Position numbers and translations under genes: made by a program. The notes below the pieces were generated by a model. That model saw only the letters and a list, made by a program, of their open reading frames with translations. It did no database searches and was not told the DNA's origin. Shown here piece by piece: positions 54,228 through 64,000 of a stretch of 64,000 nt of DNA. The DNA is from Amoeboaphelidium protococcarum X5 (Eukaryota; Fungi; Aphelidiomycota). Position 1 is the first letter of the stretch; the number at the start of each line of letters is the position of its first letter. The stretch spans positions 248,001 to 312,000 of the forward strand of contig JALDTO010000181.1 of the NCBI GenBank assembly GCA_023515725.1, read 5' to 3'.

Positions 54228-54922
54228 TTATTTGTAAAAATTTTGACGTTCTTATAGCATTTTCTTTTTTCAATAGCCGAGATGTATTTCATTCTCTTTA
54301 TAGAAAAGTTGAAAAATTGCTTTGATTGTTAAACACAAACGTACTCTATATAAACGCGTCTAGTATTAGATGCTTTATATTCACACATGTAATTCTATTA
54401 ATTTCTATGATGAGATTCTATTCATCCACACTATTTGATGCAGTTGTATTCTGTACCACTGCACATGATAGTTGCAATCTCTGAGATCTAATGAATCTTT
54501 TAGCACTATATCATCATTTTGTAGTACTCACTCTTTATCTATACGAATTTGCATAAGAGTGGAGTGATTTTTTCTTGTTTCGTATGTGAATGCCTTACGC
54601 TGCTGTCACCTGACTGCATACTCAATCTTTCAATTTGATGACACCGAAGCATCGTCCCTCTGGTGTTGGTCGTGCTTGAGCACAGTCTATCAATTTGCGC
54701 CTCTTCCGTTGAAGCAGTCGCGATTTTAAGAGTCGCACATTTCATTTAAATAACCAACTTCTTTAACTGCAATGAATGATTATACACAGTAAGAAAATTA
54801 ACAATCATCAGATAACAGGCATAATTATATATTTTTACACATCTTCTCAATCAGTTCGTAGACATATACTCAAGTACTCGCTCGTTCAAATAGTGTAACA
54901 AATATGCAACTAAAGTACACGC

Positions 54923-55908
<986 letters not shown>

Positions 55909-56123
55909 AGTGCTGAATTTTCAGATACAAAACAATTTTATAATGCTATCAAATAGCAATTAAAGCGACAAGGGACAGTTGTAAATTGATTCAAATAAAG
56001 AGAGATGAATCGCTGTGTGTGTGTTGTGATCTTAAGCAGGAAAGAAACAGACGAGCCGACCCGCGAAGACGTGATCGCCAGGAGAAGTCTATTACGCTAG
56101 AGTTAACTATATAATAAATTCAT

Positions 56124-56230
56124 GGGGAAAGTTATTCGGCCCGATCGGGCTCGCTTATTCGGCCCAATCCTATTCGGCCCAACAGTGAAACAAGAGACAA
56201 TGGTTATTCGGCCCATATATTCAGCACCAA
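56124..56230 (+). repeat. Left TIR of MULE
   Basis: GGGGAAAGTTATTCGGCCCGATCGGGC..., with four TATTCGGCCC sub-repeats. Reverse complement of the right end. Confidence 0.93.
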
Positions 56231-56260
56231 AAAACAAAATTTATTCATACACTCTCGATA

Positions 56261-59200
56261 TCACTTAGATTAAGACTTTTGCTTCTTATTTCTTAATTTT
56301 TCACCTGCGGCTGCATATCTCGTCTTTTTCCGTACGTTATTGCGTGGCCTACCTTTGCAAGGCTGACTGCCATCTGGTAGGCGGATCTCTTCATTCTCTT
56401 ACTCCGTGATTTAGTCAGCTTCTGCCTCAGATTCTACAACGTGAGAGGAATTTTTCTCCTGTGGGCGCATAGACTACTCTTGCGATGCTGCAACCTGGTT
56501 CAACGCCTTTAAAGTCAGCTTTTTCCCCTTTATTGTACGAGCTTTATCATGAATGTTGACGAACACGCCGTGCATGTCCCGATCCAGCATCTTTTTCTCT
56601 TTTCTTGCAATATCCTCGTCCCCGAGAATTGGACGCGTCTCTTCGTGCCCAGCTGCAACAACTTTACAATACAAGTTCTCCATCGTCACTTCTGGCATGC
56701 TGTCTGAACTCTATTTACTAAATACACGATACTCGGTTGGCTACTATTTATACCATCTTGGTTTGTACAAAGCTAGAGGTACAATCTACGCATGGACATC
56801 ATTTATGTACCAAGCAAAATAATGCCTGCATGGGATGCCATATGTGACTGGCATGCAGCACGAGCATTATATCGAGAAGTCTGTGGAAATTACTAATTTT
56901 GCTCTGCTATTAGGAGGGATAATACTCTACACCCACACAATTCTACTCCCAGTCTCGTTCTAGATGGTTTATGGTGTTGGTGACGCATTAGTATCAAGAA
57001 ATAGGTCATAGTGTACAGAGTCTAAGCTAGAGCCTTGAACACCAACTAATTCCTGAGCATCGCCTACAGCTATGCTCTCGTCAGCCAGTCTGTACTCTGC
57101 CACTCCTCGATACATTTATGCTAAGGTCTAAGCGAACGCAAATGTGCTTAGATTATCCTACAGATAAACCATCAGGTCTTCACCGTAATAACGACTGAGT
57201 CTCTCCAATTCACTGCTGTTATTTGCCACGCGTGACTAAGTCCAAGTACTGGATTACTCGAGGCCCTGAGCAAAAGATAACTTGCTTATCTATTCAATGG
57301 AATTAACTAAGGTGGTTTTGCCGTTTGCCACTTTCCTAACTTGGCTATTGAAAGATTCAGCGATGGATGACGCGCTCATGTCCATGTTAAAATAATGCAT
57401 TTGATAACACTTGACCCACAGTGCCCATGTGTCTCGACCAAGTTGTTCGTTCATATACTGCTCCATGATTGGGAATTCCTGGAGTAGGCGATGCCAGCGA
57501 CGATTAAAGTCATCTGCACTAAGTGAGTAACGCATCGACGTGAAGTTTGCCAGAAATCTAGCTCTCTGCACCTTGTCTTTTATTCTGATGGAGCTACTCT
57601 TTACATTCTGCAATATGTGCCAAAAGCACAATGCGTGGTTTACTCCGTCATATTCCTTTAATGAACGCTGCAGAGCTAAATCCTTGTCAGAGTAAACAGT
57701 CTAAGGATACCAACTACTGTTGGTTACCATCCAATTTAAGAACCAGCTAAAATCCTCCGACGTCTCTCTTTCCACTAATGCAGCTGCACCAAGACGGATC
57801 TTACCTTCTCTATCCACGACTACCACTGCAACCAATGGCATGTTAAGACTGTTCTTTTTGTCGGTGGAATCAATGGTAATCATGTCGCCGTACAGTTGGA
57901 GATTTTGCCTCATTGCTGGCGTCATCCAACAGATCCTTCGTATCACATTCTACTCCTTGTACAGACCATGTACCCATTGCCCCTCTGCAGTCTTCTCCTG
58001 CAAGTATTACAACAAACTCTTAGAGGTGTCACCCTCTGTTTAACACTATGGAAGTCTCCTTATATAATTTTGGACTTACTGATAATCCCAGTTCTAATCT
58101 CTATACTTGACGCGTAAAACTTAAAGTACTACTGCAGGAGACTAGCCTGCCTATATCAACGCTATGATATCTTATTCTATCTGAGGTTATAATTGCGCGG
58201 ATTCCTTCATCTTGGCTCGTTTCACGTATGGATTTAACTCAATAGCCGCTAAAGACTACGACTGGTGATTGTGGTTTAAATGGAAGCTCTGTGGGCAGAC
58301 TCTGCCATTTCTAAAGACGAAAGTGCCTCTCCAAAGGCAGTTGGTCTTTTTGGAGAGCTTATTGCGTTGAGAAAATCCATCATCCTTGAGTACTCTAGTC
58401 GGTTTTCCGGCCTTTTAGCATTTAAGCCTCAAGTGACTAGCAGTCTTCTCATGTTTAACAATCACCCCAATGAGTTTTACCATCTCTAAGTATACTCCAT
58501 AGCCTACTCCATCGAATCAAAGGATTTATTCATAAAATCTTCATCATCTTCCTACTCACCAGTCCTGACTGAATCCGCCTTAGTAGACTCAATCATTGAT
58601 TCTTCCGGACGGCAATTCGCGGTCGTACTCTTCTTCGACTCAGCAACTTCGAGCTGTTTGACAAATGGATTACTGTTGGATACAACATTAGCAAAGCTTA
58701 CTTCATTTTTGGAAGCATCAAATCTGACTACAATCTCAAAGCTTTGAGAGACGTGACTATGAAAGAATGGCGTTGGGTTGAGTTTACTTTCACCAAAGCT
58801 TTACTTCTATACTGTACTAGGCCTGCCATTCATGCCGGTCTCCTCACTTTACGCGTCATCATCCTGGCTTAAAACAGAGAACCGATTACTTTTGATGACC
58901 GAAGACTGAAATATACTCTCTTAATACGTATACACTACTTTGGCAGGAGTTTTGGGAGCCACCACATGGTTAGTCTTATGCTATGAAGATGATCTGCACG
59001 CGTCCTTTTACTCTACTGCATTACTTTCAGCTTTATCGTTTTGAGAATTATTTTGGTCCACTTAAGAAGTCATGGAAGACATAACAGATTTCTGATCAGA
59101 TGCAGCACTCATTTCTTCATCGGCGGAGACAGGTCTCTTGACGGCTGAAGATTGCGAAGGATTAGTCTACTCTGGCATAGCCAATAACGGGCTCTCTTTC

Positions 59201-59943
59201 TACTTGAGTTTCTCTTCTCGTTTTTGGTAGTAATTCTAAAAGGCCTGGAGTGACACTTTCAATTCCGCGTCGGAGAGTCCTGCATCCTTCATCGCTGCAT
59301 ACGAATCTGCATTGGGTAATTCGTCCTTGAAGTCGGTATACTTCGATTACGCGTCCCAGAAGTCTTTCCAACCTGGAAGCAATGCCCTTCTTGAGCTCTT
59401 ATGGCCCTATAGAATTGCATTTGAAGGAAGTACGCTGATATTACTCAAAGATATGAAGTGATTGGCATTGCTTGGAGTGGACCAGGCAATGTGAAGGGTC
59501 TTTAAGTCCTGCAGCTTTAATCCCTTAGAGTCTTGAACATATCTCTTTGGAATAAAGGTGCATCCTCCGCTATTACTGATTATTTTATCTTCTACCTTCA
59601 CAATTTAATCGTGTAGGGCTATAATGACACCTAACGCATTGGCAATTGCAGCTATATGGAACTGTGCCAAGTATACACCATCAGTTTCAAGACTACGCAC
59701 TAATTCTAGATATTCCCCCTATGAGTGCTCATACCTCATGTCACAATAGACACTCTTATTGTCTTTTACTTCTTTCAATGATAAGTTCTTTACCTTCTTC
59801 CACTTCTTCTCCGTACCATACATGCTGTATGATATCGCTCTGGATAAGCAATTACCATCTCCTAAAGGATCATAAGTGATAATACTGTCTAGAATATCTG
59901 AACTTAAATAAATATTGACAAATGATGCAGATTTATTATTCAT
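56261..59943 (-). CDS. OTU-FAR1-MULE DDE-SWIM transposase with one frame break near 58465
   Basis: OTU (GDGNCLSRAIS, NHF), FAR1-type finger (LKCQKAG..TNCLW..HNH), DDE core (IDST, YSDKD, CFWH, AESFN) and SWIM (CSC..GIPCRH). Many TAR=Gln codons. Confidence 0.88.
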
Positions 59944-59962
59944 ATTGGTCACTATAGAATAG

Positions 59963-60069
59963 TTGGTGCTGAATAAAAGGGCCGAATAGCTATTGTTTCA
60001 CGTTTCACTTCGGGGCTGAATAGGATTGGGCCGAATAAGCGAGCCCGATCGGGCCAAATACTTTTTCCC
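59963..60069 (-). repeat. Right TIR of MULE
   Basis: Reverse complement reads GGGAAAAAGTATTTGGCCCGATCGGGCTCGCTTATTCGGCCCAATCCTATTC..., matching the left TIR. Confidence 0.93.
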
Positions 60070-61405
60070 TAAATTCATCGGTCCACACTAAGGCATCGTC
60101 ATTTCTTCACTGGAAATAAAGTATTGGATCAAGAATATGCATAGATACTAGACTAAAAATTTCAATCAAGATCAAGAAAGCAAGAGACAACTTGAATGGT
60201 TAAGGCCAGGCGTCCCTAGTTGATTTCACTTTTGACAGTGTAAGTAAAGAGTAACGAAAGACTAAGTACGAGTATATTTCAGTACAGAGAAGAAATCATA
60301 GTTCACAGTTAAGAGCTTTTATGGAGCTCTTAGCTCTTAATTACCGATATCACTTAAATGATGCTTAAGTAATAAGACTTCTGTTCTTACAGACAGACAG
60401 ACAGTTTCCCATTCTGTTTCAGAACACAAACACCTCTTCCATTTCTCCAATAAGATCGTAACAGATCATCAAGTACACCATAATCACGTACTACACGTAC
60501 AATCAATCGGAAATATGGATTATTTAACAAAGAACTTCAACAAATCAAAGGACCGTGGTGATTCTGAACATAAGAATTGCACGTAATTATTGCAAGAGAA
60601 TTAGTATCTGCTCCATGCATTAAGTGAGTTGACCGAGAAGCATGGACAGCATGTCAAAACGACAAAAGATAATCTCCGTGTCAGCTATGCAAGAACAAAT
60701 AATCAATATAGTTCGCGTTTCTTTGCTATTTGCTTGGTAAGCTATGATATTACTTTCAAGATAAAGATGAGGACAATTAGAACATTATGTAGATGTCATG
60801 TATGTTCATTATCGCCGTATTGATATCTATAAGTCACTTTGCGATGTTCATTGACTGGTAAGCTGCTCAGCTTCTTTAGCTATGGAGTAACATTTTGGTG
60901 TTTATAATTCTATACATAGAACTCAGTTGAACCCATCACAAGTTTATCATGGTCGACGACGCGATCTTTAATGATATTCAATGATTACTTTACACCAAAT
61001 ACGCTCCAAATATAAACAAGATAATGCCATTGATTCTACAGTTGTTTTTATTATTCTCTGAGACTTTGATCGGCAGTTAAGCTTTGTTGAAACAGCAAGG
61101 AAGATCCTATCAAAAAGCTTTAGTCATTTAAAAATCACATATCACTCTTTACTTCTGCCCAAATTAAAACAATTTACAAGATCTCCAATCTAACGTCCAG
61201 GGAGAATGATTAAGCAGCCAGTCTGAGTATTGAACGATTGATTAACAGACGGCCTGATTGTTTGATGAATGACAGTGACAAAGTGATTCATCGCGTCAGA
61301 ATTTGATTCTATGACTTCCTTTTGATATGATATCTCATCTCTTCCTTTTCATTGTAAACTTACTGCTAGCAATCGACTTTATTTCAAAAATATAGTAAAG
61401 ATAAT

Positions 61406-61969
61406 ATGTCTCAAAGCTCTGTTGATACGTTGATCAAGTAGGATCATGATAAGCTGAGATCGCTGTATTAGGATATCAAGAATGAAACCAACGTTGTGGA
61501 AAAGTAAAAGTTTACCAATGAGTTCATAAAGACGCTGTCTGTGCACTCTGTAGCTGAGGAGATGATTGTCTATCCGGCTTTTGAGGCGCGTTTGGTTAAA
61601 GGACGTGACACTGCTGACCATAGCCGCGAAGAGCATGGTGAGATTAAGCATGAGCTTTACAAGTTGGACCAGATGACTGCTGATCAGAAGGGTTTCGATC
61701 AGTAGTTAGACAGAGTGTTTGAGATTCTTGATAAGCACTCGAAGGAGGAGGAAGAGGAGTTGCTGCCTGCATTGGCTAGAACAATGTATGAATCTGAGCT
61801 GACTGATATTGGCGAACAGTTCCAGGCTACCAAGACCAAAGTTCCAACTCACCCTCATCCTTGGGCACCTGATCGTCCACCATTTGAGACTATCGCTGGT
61901 ATGCTTCAAGCGCCTCTGGATAAGTTGTACGATTGGATTGCGCGTGATTATCCTACTGCAACTCGTTGA
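61406..61969 (+). CDS. Hemerythrin HHE cation-binding protein
   Basis: QDH, HSVAEEMIVYP, EH, HSKEEE..LLP and PTHPHPWAP. Confidence 0.9.
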
Positions 61970-62108
61970 TTGAGCTGAATACTGTATATATGAGTATTGC
62001 TGTTGGCTGTTATGTGTAATTATGGTGAATGTAATGACAATAGGTGAAAGTAATAAATATATCCGATTCGAATACATGATTTTAGATTCCAACTTATCAC
62101 TGTTCGAT

Positions 62109-63551
62109 TCAAACGTTAAGAGTGGATGATTCAGTAAGCTTATCCTTGAAGGGTTCAAGAACCGGCTTAACACATTATTCAACAAAGTCTTTACATTGCT
62201 CTGGAGCTCTTCCCACAAATGAAGCAGGATTCAGCAAATCCGATAGCTGTTTATGCACAGGAGCAAAGTACTAATCTCTCTATATCCTGCTGATAAGATC
62301 ATTGTCCAATCCTTCCAACTTGACGCGAGCAGAAGCTTCATGACTCAACACACGAATCTTCTCATGGCACTCCTGTCTACTGCCACCACATTTGACCATA
62401 GCCATGATGATATTCTCAGTAGCCATGAACGGTAGTTCTTGATCGATTCTCTTCTTGATTACATTTGGATACACAACCAATCCTTCAGACACGTTCTATA
62501 TAATACTCATAATGATGTCTGCAGTCAAGAATGCCTCGGGGATTGTAATGCGGCGATTAGCAGAGTCATCTAGTGTACGTTCAAACCACTGATTTGCAGC
62601 AGTGTTCTACGCGTTCGTCACCAGAGACATGAGGTGGCGAGCCAGTCCGCAAGTTCTCTCACTTCTCATAGGATTTCTCTTGTATGCCATCGCGGAACTG
62701 CCAATTTGGTCCTTCTCAAATGGTTCCTCAATCTCCTTTAAATTAGCAAGTAGTCTAATATCAGTGGCAAACTTATGCGCACTAGCTCCAAAGCTGCTCA
62801 GAACATTCAGAACATCAAGATCAACTTTGCGAGAATACGTCTATCCAGTTACAGGATAAGATTTCTGGAAGCCAGCATACTTAGTCACCAACTTATCCAA
62901 CTGCTATACCTTATCATGATCACCATTGAACAAGGTCAGGAACGAAGCTTGAGTTCCCGTGGTTCCTTTAACTCCACGGAAGCCTAGCTCATCGCGAACG
63001 CGTTATAAAGCCTGTAAGTCCCAAATGAACTCTTGCAGCCACAGGCAAGCGCGCTTTCCAACAGTAGTCAACTGTGCAGGCTGGAAATGCGTAAATCCAA
63101 GAGTGGGCAAGTCTGCGTACTTTTAAGCAAACTAGGCCAGTCTATCAACACAGCGAGCCAACTTTGGTAAAAGTATATCCAAAGCATCGCGCATCATGAT
63201 CAGCTCAGAATTGTCCGTGACATAGCATGAAGTGGCGCCCAAGTGAATAATTGGTGCAGCGAGAGGACAAGCAACACCGTAAGTATGCACATGAGCCATT
63301 ACATCGTGGCGACGCTTTGCTTCCTCTGCAGCAGCCAGTTCCCAGTCTATATCGTCAATGTGCGACTTCATTTACTTGATCGCTTCATCAGTGATATCAG
63401 TCAAACCCAATTACTGCTCTCCTTTAGCCAGCCAGATCCACAACTGACGCCAAGTTTAAAACTTTCTAGCATCCGAAAAGTTATACGCCATCTCCTTGGA
63501 CGCATACCTGGAAGTCAGCGGACTCTAATACTTTTCCTTGTCTTCGCGCAT
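62109..63551 (-). CDS. ADE13: Adenylosuccinate lyase
   Basis: [33 protein letters not shown] and [15 protein letters not shown]. Confidence 0.97.
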
Positions 63552-63699
63552 AATTAGTATTCGTACCAACAATTGTAAGCTAAAGCAGATTAAAAGTATA
63601 CGAGATGATCAAAGCGATCGATCGTCGCTCGAGCTCTGCAGCTTTTACTTTTGTGATTTGAAAACACGTAAAATTGATCAAAATATAACAGCATTGATA

Positions 63700-64000
63700 A
63701 TGACATTGCAATAGTAATAAAAGACTTTTAGAGACTTTAAATTGGATGATAGATTGCTGAGAGCTCTAGAAAAGTAAAATTTTACTAAGCCGACTCTTAT
63801 CTAGTCGAGTGTAATAGAGATTGCCTTGCAAGGGAAAGATATTGTTGGAAAGGCCAAGACTGGAAGTGGGAAATCGCTGAGCTATATTTTGCCCATTTTG
63901 CACAAGATTCTACAATTGCAATAGGCCAGTGGACGTGTAAAGTCTACCAAAGCAGTGATTATTGTCCCATCTCGTGAATTGGCCGCATAAGTCAAGCAGT
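63700..64000 (+). CDS. DBP9: DEAD-box helicase Dbp9/DDX56, 5' part (runs off the window)
   Basis: [23 protein letters not shown] and [10 protein letters not shown]. Confidence 0.8.

Larger units (their letters stand above)
56124..60069 (-). mobile_element. Complete Mutator-like (MULE) DNA transposon, 3946 bp
   Basis: About 107-bp imperfect TIRs, a perfect 9-bp TSD TAAATTCAT (56115-56123 and 60070-60078) and an internal MULE transposase. Confidence 0.95.

Noticed and set aside
54420-54745. Short minus-strand ORF between RCN1 and PP2A
   Set aside because: No homology cue. It could be PP2A 3' UTR.
58462-58464. Second apparent in-frame TGA, suggesting TGA=Trp or a context-dependent stop code
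   Set aside because: The downstream domain is in another frame, so this is a frameshift. Trp is TGG in the conserved genes, leaving only the DHHC case.
60080-61400. 1.3-kb apparently gene-free region after the MULE
   Set aside because: No supported ORF, repeat or structure seen beyond a short (CAGA)n run.
61406-61969. Hemerythrin gene as a recent bacterial transfer
   Set aside because: The family is widespread in fungi and the gene uses host TAR codons. It cannot be argued without a phylogeny.

Overview
Gene-dense eukaryotic nuclear DNA with small GT-AG introns, read in a non-standard code: TAA and TAG encode Gln and TGA is the only stop (translation table 6). The supplied standard-code ORF track is therefore fragmented. 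Re-reading by eye gives about 40 protein genes of fungal/opisthokont type. This fits an aphelid such as Amoeboaphelidium protococcarum, where TAR=Gln is established; the species assignment is inference. Other content: a complete 3.9-kb Mutator (MULE) element with 9-bp TSD whose transposase has an N-terminal OTU protease domain; an intronic box C/D snoRNA in RPL38 aimed at the 18S site equivalent to yeast Am420; a probable LINE remnant with a (GAA)19 tail; and an unidentified ~250-nt highly base-paired plus-strand element preceded by three spaced copies of a dyad motif. Main leads: (i) all 19 inferred introns end in GTAG (18 in TGTAG) rather than generic YAG; (ii) the structured RNA candidate; (iii) an otherwise intact DHHC palmitoyltransferase with one in-frame TGA in the readthrough-prone context TGA-CTA-G; (iv) a divergent SMG9-like protein and a membrane-anchored formin with tandem TQT motifs. 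All calls are manual and come from recalled motifs, not database searches.
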